A DNA stretch of 64,000 nucleotides from an uncultured Chloroflexia bacterium (GTDB taxonomy: Bacteria > Chloroflexota > Limnocylindria > Limnocylindrales > CSP1-4). Shown here piece after piece: positions 19,956 to 32,747 of this stretch (within the stretch, counting starts at the first letter, position 1; every line of letters begins with the position of its first letter). A model generated the notes under the pieces. That model did not search any database. It worked only from the letters and a program-made list of their open reading frames with translations, and was not told the DNA's origin. Made by a program: the position numbers and the translations under genes. The stretch lies in NCBI GenBank assembly GCA_963809375.1, contig CAWEJO010000011.1, forward strand, positions 5,028-69,027. The letters run 5' to 3'.

Positions 19956-20964
19956 ATGGCGATGGGCTTCAACCTGCGCAACCGCAGCCTCACCAAGCTG
20001 CTCGACTACAGCCCGACTGAGATCCGCTTCCTGCTGAAGCTCGCCGCGGACCTCAAGGCCGCCAAGTACGGCGGGTACGAGCAGCCGCGCCTGCGCGGCA
20101 AGAACATCGCCCTGATCTTCGAGAAGACCTCGACCCGCACCCGGGTCGCCTTCGAGGTCGCGGCCTACGACCAGGGCGCCCACGTCACGTACCTCGGCCC
20201 GAGCGGCTCGCAGATCGGCCACAAGGAATCGATGAAGGACACCGCGCGGGTCCTCGGCCGGATCTACGACGCCATCGAGTACCGCGGCTACGCGCAGGCG
20301 ATCGTCGAGGAGCTGGCGCAGTACGCCGGCGTGCCGGTCTGGAACGGGCTCACCGACGAGTTCCACCCGACCCAGATCCTGGCCGACGTCCTGACGATGA
20401 CCGAGTTCAGCGACAAGCCGCTCACCCGAGATCTCGTACTGCTACATGGGCGACGCCCGCAACAACATGGGCAACTCGCTGCTCGTGGGCGGCAGCAAGC
20501 TCGGCATGGACGTCCGCCTGTGCGCCCCGCGCCACCTCTGGCCGCACGATGACCTGCTGGCCACCTGCCGCGCGATCGCCGCTGAGACAGGCGCCCGGAT
20601 CACCCTGACCGAGGATCCCGCCGAGGGCGTGGCCGGGGTGGACTACCTGTACACCGACGTGTGGGTCTCGATGGGCGAGGACCCCTCGGTCTGGGAGGAG
20701 CGGGTCAAGCTCCTGCGGCCGTACCAGGTCAACGCCGACCTGGTCGCCCTGACGGGCAACCCGGCGGTCAAGTTCATGCACTGCCTGCCGGCCTTCCACG
20801 ACCGCGCGACCAAGGTCGGCGAGGAGATGTACGAGCGCTTCGGGCTCGACGGCATGGAGGTCACCAACGAGGTCTTCGAATCCGAGCGCTCGATCGTGTG
20901 GGACCAGGCCGAGAACCGGATGCACACGATCAAGGCGATCATGGTCGCCACCCTCGGCGACTGA
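19956..20964 (+). pseudogene. arcB: Ornithine carbamoyltransferase (catabolic, by operon context), one frame break near 20428
   Basis: [20 protein letters not shown] and HPTQILAD are in ORF 19956..20552. After KPLT the protein continues as [19 protein letters not shown]...HCLPAFH in ORF 20446..20964. The second ATG (19962) has the better Shine-Dalgarno spacing. Confidence 0.9.
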
Positions 20965-20979
20965 GGACGCGAAAGCCCC

Positions 20980-21913
20980 GTGAGAATCGTCGTCGCGCTC
21001 GGCGGGAACGCGCTCCTCAAGCGGGGCGAGCCGATGACCGCCGACCGGCAGCGCGCCAACATCCGGGTTGCCGCGGCGTCGCTGGCCCGCGTCGCCGCCG
21101 CGCACGAGCTCGTCGTCTCGCACGGCAACGGCCCCCAGGTCGGGCTCCTGGCGCTCCAGGCCGACGCCTACCGCGCGGTCGACGCCTATCCCCTCGACAT
21201 CCTGGGGGCCGAGACCGAGGGCATGATCGGCTACCTCCTCGAGCAGGAGCTTGGCAACGAGCTGCCGTTCGAGGTGCCCCTGGCGACGATCCTGACCATG
21301 GTGGAGGTCGACCCCGCCGACCCGGCGTTCGCCGACCCGACGAAGTTCGTCGGGCCCGTGTACGACGAGGCCGAGGCGCGGGCCGCTCGCGGCCGAGAAG
21401 GGCTGGGTCGTCAAGCCCGACGGGACGCGCTGGCGCCGCGTCGTCGCGTCGCCGCGCCCGAAGCGGATCTTCGAGATCCGCCCGGTACGCTGGCTCCTCG
21501 AGCACGGGACGGTGGTCGTCTGCGCCGGCGGAGGCGGGATCCCCACGATGTACGAGCCGGGCCGCGAGCGCCACCTCGTGGGCGTCGAGGCCGTGATCGA
21601 CAAGGACCTCGCGAGCGCGCTGCTGGCCCGCGAGCTCGAGGCCGACCTGTACGTCATGGCGACCGACGTCGACGGCGTCTACACGGCGTGGGGCACGCCG
21701 GACCAGGCGCGGCTCGACCGCGTGACGCCGGAGCAGCTCCGAGGCATGTCGTTCCCGGCGGGCTCGATGGGGCCGAAGGTGGAGGCGGCCGCCGAGTTCG
21801 TGGAGCGGACCGGGCGCCGCGCGGCGATCGGCTCGCTCGACGAGATCGAGGGCCTCGTGGCCGGCACGGCCGGCACCAACGTGGTGGCCGCGACGGGCGT
21901 CCCGCGCACCTGA
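20980..21913 (+). pseudogene. arcC: Carbamate kinase, one frame break near 21380
   Basis: [17 protein letters not shown]...[11 protein letters not shown] is in ORF 20980. After DEAEAR the protein continues [13 protein letters not shown]...[10 protein letters not shown]...[12 protein letters not shown] in the frame of ORF 21512..21913. Confidence 0.9.
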
Positions 21914-21971
21914 GCGACGGCGGCCCGCGGCCGGGCCGCCACCCGAACCGAAGAGCCTGGAGGAGCTGACG

Positions 21972-23236
21972 ATGCCCGCATTCGGTGTCCACTCGGAGGT
22001 GGGCAAGCTTCGCACGGTGATCGTCCACCGGCCCGAGCTGAGCCTCAAGCGGCTCACGCCGGCGAACCACGACGAGCTGCTGTTCGACGACGTGCTGTGG
22101 GTCGAGCGCGCCCAGTGGGAGCACGACCAGTTCGTGGCCCGCATGCGCGAGCGGGGCGTCGAGGTGCTCTACGTCGGCGACCTGCTGGCCGAGGCGCTCG
22201 CCGCGGACGACGACGGTCCGCCAGCGGCTGATCGGCCTCGTCGCGTCCGAGCACGTCGTCGGCCCGGGCCTGGTCGACGAGGTCCAGGCCTGCCTGGCCG
22301 CGCTCGCCCCGGACGTCCTCGCCCGCCACCTCATCGGCGGCCTCACGGTCGCCGAATCCGGGCTCGACCTCGGGCGCCTGGCCGGCTCGTCGCTGATCGC
22401 CGCCGCGATCGACGACGAATCGACGTTCGTCCTCCCGCCATTGCCGAACTCGCTGTTCACGCGCGACTCGTCGTGCTGGATCTACGGCGGCGTCTCGGTC
22501 AACCCGATGTACTGGCCCGCCCGACGGCGCGAGGCCTACAACATGGCCGCGATCTACCGGGCCCACCCCATGTTCCGCGACGGGGACTTCGAGTTCTGGT
22601 ATCCCCACCTCGGCGACGACGAGCGGTTCCAGGTCGAGGACTTCGGGCTCGCCTCGCTCGAAGGCGGCGACGTCGAGATCATCGGCCGGGGAACGGTCGC
22701 GATCGGGATGTCCGAGCGCACGCACGGCACGCATGATCGAGCAGATCGCCCGGGCGCTGTTCGCGAAGGGCGCCGCCGAGCGGGTGATCGCCTGCGTGAT
22801 GAGCAAGGACCGCGCCCACATGCACCTGGACACCGTCTTCACGCTCCTCGACCGGGACAAGGCGACGGCCTACCCCAAGGTGGTCGCGGGGATCCGGGCG
22901 ATCAGCCTGCGCCCCGGATCGAAGCCCGGGAGCCTGGACGTCCGGCCCGAGAAGGACATGCTCTCGGCAATCGCAGACGCGCTCGGGATCCCGAAGCTCC
23001 ACGTGGTCGAGACCGGCGGCGACGTCTACCAGCAGGAGCGCGAGCAGTGGGACGACGGCAACAACGTCGTCGCCCTCGAGCCGGGCGTGGTGGTCGCCTA
23101 CGAGCGCAACACGTTCACGATCTCGAAGATGCGCGAGGCCGGTGTCGAGGTGATCCCGATCGCCGGCTTCGAGCTTGGCAAGGGTCGCGGCGGCGGGCAC
23201 TGCATGACCTGTCCGGTCGCTCGCGACGCCATCTGA
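21972..23236 (+). pseudogene. arcA: Arginine deiminase, two frame breaks (about 22210 and 22725)
   Basis: There are three colinear pieces: [18 protein letters not shown] (ORF 21972), [31 protein letters not shown] (ORF 22441), and HMHLDTVFTLLD...GGGGHCMTCPVARD with the catalytic Cys (ORF 22733..23236). Confidence 0.9.
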
Positions 23237-23246
23237 GGGACGCGCC

Positions 23247-23399
23247 ATGCGCCAGGGAACGCGCTGGGTCGTGGCGGCGATCGCGGCCGCTGCGCTCGTC
23301 GGCCTCCTGCTCTTCGCCCGTGGCCAGCCCGACCGCGGCGGGCCGTCGACGTCGCCGGTGGCCACGCCCGCGGCGCTCACCGTGGTGCCGCCGGCCTGA
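23247..23399 (+). CDS. Possible 50-aa single-TM peptide between arcA and the carrier gene
   Basis: Hand-read ORF below the track's size cutoff: MRQGTRWVVAAIAAAALVGLLLFARGQPDRGG... The only support is its hydrophobic helix and its position. Confidence 0.25.
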   Translation: MRQGTRWVVAAIAAAALVGLLLFARGQPDRGGPSTSPVATPAALTVVPPA

Positions 23400-23582
23400 C
23401 GGCGGCTCTCTGCACCGCGCACGAAGGGGAAGGCACGCCAGCATGAGCGTCGAACCGGCCGAACCTGACGCTGCCGCCACGGGCGGCGACGACGTGGATC
23501 CGCTGGGGGCGCCCCACGCATCGTGCGACCCCGGCCGGGCGACCGGACCGTCGAGTGCCCCGTCGATCGAAGGAGGCATCCC

Positions 23583-25079
23583 ATGACCGCCGCGCCGACA
23601 GCGGCCGCCCCGGAGAAGCGCGGGTTCGCGCTGCCCTCGGCCTACACGATCCTGTTCGCCCTGATCGTGCTCACGGCGCTCGCCACGTGGGTCATCCCGG
23701 CCGGGAAGTACGACGTCGACGCGAACGGCCAGCCGATCCCCGGGACGTACCACCGCGTCGACCAGAACCAGCAGCGGGTCGTCGTCGACTCGCTCCTCGC
23801 CCCGATCAACGGCCTCTACGGCGTCGAAGGCGAGGATGGGAGCATCAGCGTCTGGAACTCGGGGACCCTGTTCGGCGCCATCGACGTCGCCCTGTTCGTG
23901 CTCGTCATCGGCGGGTTCCTCGGGGTCACGATGAAGACCGGCGCGATCCAGGGCGGCATCGCGAGGATCGTGGCGCGGCTGCGGGGTCGCGAACGCTGGA
24001 TGATCGCGATCCTCATGCTGATCTTCGCGCTCGGCGGGACGACCTTCGGGATGAACGAGGAGAGCCTCGCGTTCTACGCGCTGGTGGTCACGGTGATGAT
24101 CGCCGCCGGCTACGACGCGCTGACCGGTGCGGCGCTGATCATGCTCGGCTGCGGGATCGGCGTCCTCGGCTCGACCGTGAACCCGTTCGCCACCGGCATC
24201 GCCTCGAACTTCGCGGGCGTCCCGATCAGCGCCGGCCTGATCGGCCGGCTCGTCATCCTCGGCGTCGGGACCTTGATCGGCATCGTCTTCGTGATGCGCT
24301 ACGCCGCCCGCGTCAAGGCCGAGCCGTCGAAGTCGCTGGTGTACGCGATGAAGGCCGACAACGAGGCGTACTTCCTGGCCGAGACCGACGCGGAGGGCGA
24401 GCAGGTCGCCCTGACCGGGCGCCAGAAGGCCGTTCTCGTCCTCTTCTTCGCCGCCTTCGCGGTGATGATCTACGGCGTCATCCCGTGGGCGGACCTTGGC
24501 ATCGGCGTTCCGACGCTCTGGTGGTGGTTCCCGGAGATGACGGCCTCGTTCCTGTTCTTCGCGATCCTCATCGGGGTCGCGGGGCGGATGGGGGAGACGA
24601 GCTTCACGTCGACGTTCGTCGATGGCGCCCGCGACCTGCTCGGCGTCGCGCTGATCATCGGCGTCGCCCGCGGGATCACCGTCATCATGAGCAACGGCCT
24701 GATCACGGACACGATCCTGAACGCCGCGGAGCAGGCGGTCAGCGGGCTCGGTGGCGTCGGCTTCATCAACCTGCTGTACTTCCTGTTCCTGCCGCTCTCG
24801 TTCCTCATCCCCTCGTCGTCCGGCCTCGCGACCGTCGCGATGCCGATCATGGCGCCGCTCGCCAGCTTCGCGAACGTGCCGGGCGAGCTCGTCGTCACCG
24901 CCTACCAGGCCGGCAGCGGCCTGATCAACCTCATCACGCCGACATCGGCCGTCGTGATGGGCGGCCTGGCGATCGCACGGGTGGGCTACGGGACGTGGCT
25001 CCGCTTCGTGTGGCCGATCCTCATCCTGCTCGGGCTGCTGACGATGGCGGTCCTGTCGGTGAGCGTGCTCGTGAAGTGA
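23583..25079 (+). CDS. YfcC-family membrane carrier; putative arginine/ornithine antiporter by operon context
   Basis: A strong AAGGAGG Shine-Dalgarno sequence lies 6 nt before ATG 23583. The intact polytopic protein (ALPSAYTILFALIVLTALATWVIPAG...) has the features of the YfcC/DcuC-like carrier family, which supplies ArcD function in some ADI operons. Confidence 0.85.
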   Translation: MTAAPTAAAPEKRGFALPSAYTILFALIVLTALATWVIPAGKYDVDANGQPIPGTYHRVDQNQQRVVVDSLLAPINGLYGVEGEDGSISVWNSGTLFGAIDVALFVLVIGGFLGVTMKTGAIQGGIARIVARLRGRERWMIAILMLIFALGGTTFGMNEESLAFYALVVTVMIAAGYDALTGAALIMLGCGIGVLGSTVNPFATGIASNFAGVPISAGLIGRLVILGVGTLIGIVFVMRYAARVKAEPSKSLVYAMKADNEAYFLAETDAEGEQVALTGRQKAVLVLFFAAFAVMIYGVIPWADLGIGVPTLWWWFPEMTASFLFFAILIGVAGRMGETSFTSTFVDGARDLLGVALIIGVARGITVIMSNGLITDTILNAAEQAVSGLGGVGFINLLYFLFLPLSFLIPSSSGLATVAMPIMAPLASFANVPGELVVTAYQAGSGLINLITPTSAVVMGGLAIARVGYGTWLRFVWPILILLGLLTMAVLSVSVLVK

Positions 25080-25237
25080 TCGACGGCCGTTCCGGCGCGG
25101 CCACCTGAGGGACCGCCCGGCGGTCCGGCAGCGGGGGCGACCGCTGGCCGACGCCGGCGTGGGGAACGGCGGGCTGGAGGATCGAGGCCGCGACCTTCCG
25201 TACCCGGCCGGGCCCGGGGTGCTAGCGTGAGGCGCGC

Positions 25238-25918
25238 ATGAGCAGCCGCCTCTCCTTCCGCGCCACCGCCGTCACCGTCGTCGCGTACGCAGTCGCGATG
25301 GCCTACCTGGAAGCGGCGGTCGTCATCTACCTCCAGGGCGCGCTGGGCTCGCAGGTCGGCGCAATCTTCCCCCTCCGTCCGGTCGAGGAGACGGGCAACC
25401 TCGCGGCGATCGAGGTCGGGCGTGAGGCGGCGACGCTGGTGATGATCGCGGCGGTCGGCCTGCTCACGGGCCGGACCTGGATCGCGCGGCTCGCCTGGGC
25501 CGCGGTCGTGTTCGGGGTGTGGGACATCGGCTACTACGCCTGGCTCAACGTCCTCACCGGCTGGCCGCCCTCGCTCGGCACGCTCGACCTGCTCTTCCTG
25601 CTGCCCGTCCCCTGGGTCGGTCCGGTCTGGTCGCCCGTGCTGGTCAGCGTCGCGCTCGTGGGTGTGGGGCTGGCCACCGCGGCAGCCGTCGAGGCGGGCC
25701 GGACCCCGGTCGTCACCCGCCGCCACTGGGCGGCCGGCCTCGGTGGCGGGTTCCTGGTCGTGCTTTCGTACACGCTCGACGCCGGGCGGGTCATCGGCGG
25801 CGGGCTGCCGGGGACGTACCCGTGGCCGATCTTCGCGGCCGGGCTGCTGCTCGCGCTCGCCGCGGCAGCCGACACGCTCCGCGCGGGGCAGCAGGTGGGT
25901 CGAGCGACCGCGACCTGA
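25238..25918 (+). CDS. Polytopic membrane protein of unknown function (226 aa)
   Basis: Intact ORF with about 6 hydrophobic helices and a Trp/Tyr-rich interface (VFGVWDIGYYAWLNVLTGWPPSLGTLDLLFLLPVPWVGPVW). A GAGG sequence precedes the ATG. Confidence 0.7.
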   Translation: MSSRLSFRATAVTVVAYAVAMAYLEAAVVIYLQGALGSQVGAIFPLRPVEETGNLAAIEVGREAATLVMIAAVGLLTGRTWIARLAWAAVVFGVWDIGYYAWLNVLTGWPPSLGTLDLLFLLPVPWVGPVWSPVLVSVALVGVGLATAAAVEAGRTPVVTRRHWAAGLGGGFLVVLSYTLDAGRVIGGGLPGTYPWPIFAAGLLLALAAAADTLRAGQQVGRATAT

Positions 25919-26057
25919 CCGCGCCCGGATTCCGGGACGCGCGGCCTCACCCGTCCTCCTGCAACGCACGTAGGATCGGCCACCAGATCGACCGGGGTAC
26001 GCCGCCAGACGCGGCTGCTCGATACTCTGGAGCGACGGAACCTGTCCGGAGCTTACC

Positions 26058-29037
<2,980 letters not shown>

Positions 29038-29056
29038 AGGCTGCGCCTGCGGCCGC

Positions 29057-30580
29057 TCACGCGACAGCTGGCTCGACCCCGCTCACCAGCGCGATGGCGC
29101 GCCGGGCGGCCGCCCGGCCCTGGTCGATGCAGTCGGGGACGCCGACGCCCCGCAGCGCGGCGCCCGTGACGAGCACGGCCGGGTGCTCGCGCATCGCCCG
29201 GTCCACTGCCGCGACCCGCTCCAGGTGCCCGAGCGAGTAGCGCGGCATGGCGGCGCGCCAGCGGGCGACCCGCCGGACCACGGGCTCGCCGTGGATCCCC
29301 GCGACCCGGGCCAGGTCCGCGTGGATGCGGCGGGCGACCTCGTCGTCGGGCAGGTCGAGGAGGTCGCCGCCGCGCTCGCCGAGGAAGGCGCGTGCGAGGA
29401 CGAACCCTTCGGGCGCCCGGTTCGCCCACTTGCGGGAGCTCCAGGTGCAGGCACCGAAGGCGAGGCGCTCGTCTCCGGCGACCAGGAACCCGTGGGAGTC
29501 GGGCCGCGCCGCGAACTGGTCCGCCCGGTAGGCGAGGCTGACCACGCCGGTCGACCCATGCGGGATCGCCGCGAGCGCGGTCGAGGCGTCCGGGGCGAGC
29601 GCTGCGAGCGCGGCGGCCGACGCGGGGGCCGGCGTCGCGAGGATCACGGCCTCGGCAACCATGTGGCTCCCGTCGGCCAGCCGGAGGAGCACTCCACCCG
29701 GCGCCGCCTCGACCTGCGCGATGGACGTGCCGAGGCGCACTCGCACGCCGCTGGCGTGCTCCAGGCGGGCGACGAGCGCATCGACGAGGCTGCCCATCCC
29801 CCACCGCAGGCTCTGGAAGGCGGACGAGGTGGCGCCGGTCGTGGTGCCCGTCGAGCCGGTCGTCCCAGCGTTCCCGCCAGGCGCGCCGGTCCCGCCAGGC
29901 GCGCCGGTCGCGCCGGTCCCGGCGGTCGCGCCGCCGGCGCTCCTGGCCGCCGCCCGCTGGGCGGTCCGGCGGGCGCGTCCCTGGGCGAGGCTCGCGAGCA
30001 GCAGGCTGCGATGCGCCCGTTCGGCGGTCCGGAGCTGCGGCACGACGGCGTCGAGGCTGAGTTCGTCGACGGGCGCGCCGTAGATACCGCCGATCAGCGG
30101 GTCCGCCAGGCGATCGACCAGGGGCTGGCCGAGCCGGCGCCGCAGGAACGCGCCGATCGAGACGTCGACGTCGGGCGCCGAGCGCGGCAGCGCCAGGTCC
30201 TTGACCATCCGGAGCTTGTCGAGCGGCGAGAACAGGCGGGTCATCACGAACGGCGCCATCCGCGTCGGCAGGACCAGCCCCATCCCGTCGGGAAGCGGCA
30301 CGAACCGCCCACGGGTGCGAATGTCGACCCGGCGCGGGTTGGTCGTCCCGATCACCTGGTCGCCCATGCCGAGCTCCCGGGCGAGCATCGCCGCCGCCGG
30401 GCGGTAGGCGATGAACGAATCGGGGCCGTCCTCGACGAGGAAGCCGTCGACGTGCGCGGTGCGGACCTTGCCGCCGAGCTCGTGCGAGGCCTCGAGCAGG
30501 TCGACCGCCACGCCGGCCAGGGCCAGCTCGTACGCGGCCGCGAGGCCCGTGATGCCGCCGCCGGCGACGACGACGGTCAT
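29057..30580 (-). CDS. hemY: Coproporphyrinogen/protoporphyrinogen oxidase (HemY/CgoX type)
   Basis: This is the 507-aa C-terminal part of ORF 29057..31591, from MTVVVAGGGITGLAAAYEL (FAD dinucleotide fold) to GAALRGVGVPDCIDQG. Its start overlaps the upstream stop (ATGA). Confidence 0.9.
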   Translation of the reverse strand: MTVVVAGGGITGLAAAYELALAGVAVDLLEASHELGGKVRTAHVDGFLVEDGPDSFIAYRPAAAMLARELGMGDQVIGTTNPRRVDIRTRGRFVPLPDGMGLVLPTRMAPFVMTRLFSPLDKLRMVKDLALPRSAPDVDVSIGAFLRRRLGQPLVDRLADPLIGGIYGAPVDELSLDAVVPQLRTAERAHRSLLLASLAQGRARRTAQRAAARSAGGATAGTGATGAPGGTGAPGGNAGTTGSTGTTTGATSSAFQSLRWGMGSLVDALVARLEHASGVRVRLGTSIAQVEAAPGGVLLRLADGSHMVAEAVILATPAPASAAALAALAPDASTALAAIPHGSTGVVSLAYRADQFAARPDSHGFLVAGDERLAFGACTWSSRKWANRAPEGFVLARAFLGERGGDLLDLPDDEVARRIHADLARVAGIHGEPVVRRVARWRAAMPRYSLGHLERVAAVDRAMREHPAVLVTGAALRGVGVPDCIDQGRAAARRAIALVSGVEPAVA

Positions 30581-31794
30581 GCGCTGAGCACCCCCTCCGC
30601 CTCGTCGACGTGGCCAGCCGGGACGAACGGGCAGAGCGGGTCGGCCGCGAGCACGTCGCCGGTCCAGGCGTATGCCCGCGCCCGCGACCCGCCGCAGCGC
30701 TCGACGTACTGGCACGCGCCGCATCGGCCGCCATACTGCGTCACGTCGCGCAGCGACCTGAACGTCGGGTGGTCGCGGTACAGCTCCACGATGTCGTCCG
30801 TGCGGACGTTGCCCGACCGCGAGGGGCAGGAAGCCCGACGGGTACACCTGGCCGTCGTGGGCCACGAACATGATCCCGTTGCCGTCGCGGATCCCGAACC
30901 CGCGACCCACCGACGTCCGGGCGATCTCCTCCTCGGTCCGTCCCTCGGCCTCCATGCGGCGGACGGCGATCCGCCGGTAGTGGGTCGCCTCGGTGGTCTT
31001 GATCTGGAACGGCGAGACCTGCGAGAGGTCGTACAGCCAGCCCATCAGCTTCTCGCTCTGGGCGGGGGTGATCTCCTGGAGCAGGCTGCCGCGCCCGACC
31101 GAGATCAGGAAGAAGAGGCTCCAGCGCAGGATGCCCTGATCCTTGAGGACCTCGTAGATCGCGGGCAGGTCGTCGAGCGTCGTGTCGGTGACGAGGGTAT
31201 TGACCTGCAGGGGGAGCGCCAGGTCGCGCGCCCAGCCCATCGCCGTCATGGTCATCTCGAAGGTGCCGGGTACCCCGCGAAGGCCGTCGTGGCGGTCGGG
31301 GTCGGAGCCGTCGAGGCTGTACGAGAGCGTCTGGATGCCGGCTGCCTGCAGGGATGCGAGCCGCTCCTGGTCAGGTCGGGCGTGACCGCGGGCGCGAGCG
31401 AAGCGCCGATGCCGCGCGCGGTCGCTCCCGCCACGAGGTCCTCGAGGTCGGGCCGGCGCAGTGGATCTCCGCCCGTGAAGACGACGTGCGGCAGCGGGTC
31501 CCCGAAGCCCAGGATCCGGTCGAGCAGGGCGAGCCCCTCGTCCGTCGTCAGCTCGAGGGGGCTGCGCTGGGGCTCGGCGGTCGCCCGGCAATGGCGGCAG
31601 GCGAGCCCGCAGGCAAGCGTCGTCTCCCAGTAGACGAGCATCGGGGCCCGGTCGTAGACCAGGCCACGGGGCTTGACGGCCCCGACGCCCGGGAGCGCGC
31701 CGGGATGGCCACCCGGATGCCCGCCGGGGTGACCGCCCGGATGCCCGCCCGGGCGTCCCGTGCCGGGAACACCGGCGTTCGCGATCTCGACCAT
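30577..31794 (-). pseudogene. Radical SAM/SPASM protein, AhbD/NirJ-like, two frame breaks (about 31368 and 30812)
   Basis: LVYWETTLACGLACRHCRA (the CxxxCxxC motif) and FTGGDPLRRPD are in ORF 31252..31794. The middle (LSYSLDGSDPDRHDGLRGVPGTF...LFFLISVGRG...GIMFVAHDGQVYPSGFLP) is in the frame of ORF 29057..31591. The tail (YGGRCGACQYVERCGGSRARAYAW...DPLCPF) is in ORF 30577..30789. An AGGGAG Shine-Dalgarno sequence precedes ATG 31794. Confidence 0.8.
31699..31752 (-). repeat. In-frame 15-nt tandem repeat encoding (GGHPG) x4 at the radical SAM N-terminus
   Basis: The peptide is RPGGHPGGHPGGHPGGHPGA in ORF 31252..31794. A nucleotide period of 15 is visible directly. Confidence 0.8.
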
Positions 31795-31817
31795 GGCTGG
31801 CTCCCTTCGGGCCGCCG

Positions 31818-32747
31818 TCAGGCCGGCACGCCGGCGCCGGGCAGGGCCGCGGCGGCGAGGTCGGCGAGCCCGGCGATGAATGTCGGGTCGGTGTTCAGCG
31901 AGCGCGCCCGCTCGAGGTGGATTCCCACCTCCCGGGCCACGCCCTGCGCTTCGATGTCGATGTCGTAGAGGACCTCGAGATGGTCGGCCACGAAGCCGAC
32001 CGGGCGGACCACGAGCTCGGTCACGCCCTCCGCGCCGAGGCGCCGGATCTCCGCGAGGATGTCCGGGCCGAGCCAGGGCTCGCCGGTCCGGCCGGCGCTC
32101 TGGTACGCGAACCGGTGGTCGGCGAGCCCGAGGCGCGCCGCGACGAGCGCGGCCGTCCCGGCCAGCTCGTCCGGGTACGGGTCACCTTCGGCGACGACCC
32201 GGGCCGGGAGGCTGTGCGCGGTGAACATGACGCTCACCCGCGCCGGATCCGGGAAGCGGGCGAGGGCTTCGGTCGTGGTCGTCGCCAGCGCCTCGATGAA
32301 GCGCGGCTGGTCGTACCACGAGTCGACGAACGCGACCTGGGGTGCCCGGTCGCCGGCGTCCGCGAGCGCCGCGTCCACCGCCCGCCGGTAGCCCGCGGCG
32401 TTGGACGACCGCTGCGGCGCGAGGGCGATCGCGGCGAACCGGGAGATCCCGTCGGCGATCATGCCCGTCACGACGCGCCCGATCCGCGGCTCGATGTGGC
32501 GCATGCCCGCGTACACGGGGATCGCGATCCCGCGCGCGGCAAGGTCGACCTCGACCGCGGCTCGCTGCGCCTCGACGATCCGCGAGAGCGGCGAACCCCC
32601 GCCGATCGCCCGGTAGCGTCCCAGCAGCTCCTCGAGCAGGTGGGGCGGCGGCGGGCTGCCCCGCCGGATGTCCGTGTAGTAGGCCTCGACCTGGTCGAGG
32701 CGATCCGGGCTGCCGTAGGCCATCAGCAGCACGGCGTCGCCGGTCAT
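31818..32747 (-). CDS. hemH: Ferrochelatase (coproporphyrin ferrochelatase type by context)
   Basis: Intact 309-aa ORF with VLLMAYGSP, SPL...Q, MFTAHSLP and PVGFVADHLEVLYDIDIE. Confidence 0.9.
   Translation of the reverse strand: MTGDAVLLMAYGSPDRLDQVEAYYTDIRRGSPPPPHLLEELLGRYRAIGGGSPLSRIVEAQRAAVEVDLAARGIAIPVYAGMRHIEPRIGRVVTGMIADGISRFAAIALAPQRSSNAAGYRRAVDAALADAGDRAPQVAFVDSWYDQPRFIEALATTTTEALARFPDPARVSVMFTAHSLPARVVAEGDPYPDELAGTAALVAARLGLADHRFAYQSAGRTGEPWLGPDILAEIRRLGAEGVTELVVRPVGFVADHLEVLYDIDIEAQGVAREVGIHLERARSLNTDPTFIAGLADLAAAALPGAGVPA

Noticed and set aside
25110-25126. The hairpin GGACCGC-CCG-GCGGTCC after the yfcC-type gene as a terminator
   Set aside because: It has only a 7-bp stem with a 3-nt loop and no U-tract. 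At this GC content such palindromes are expected by chance, so I did not report it as a feature.
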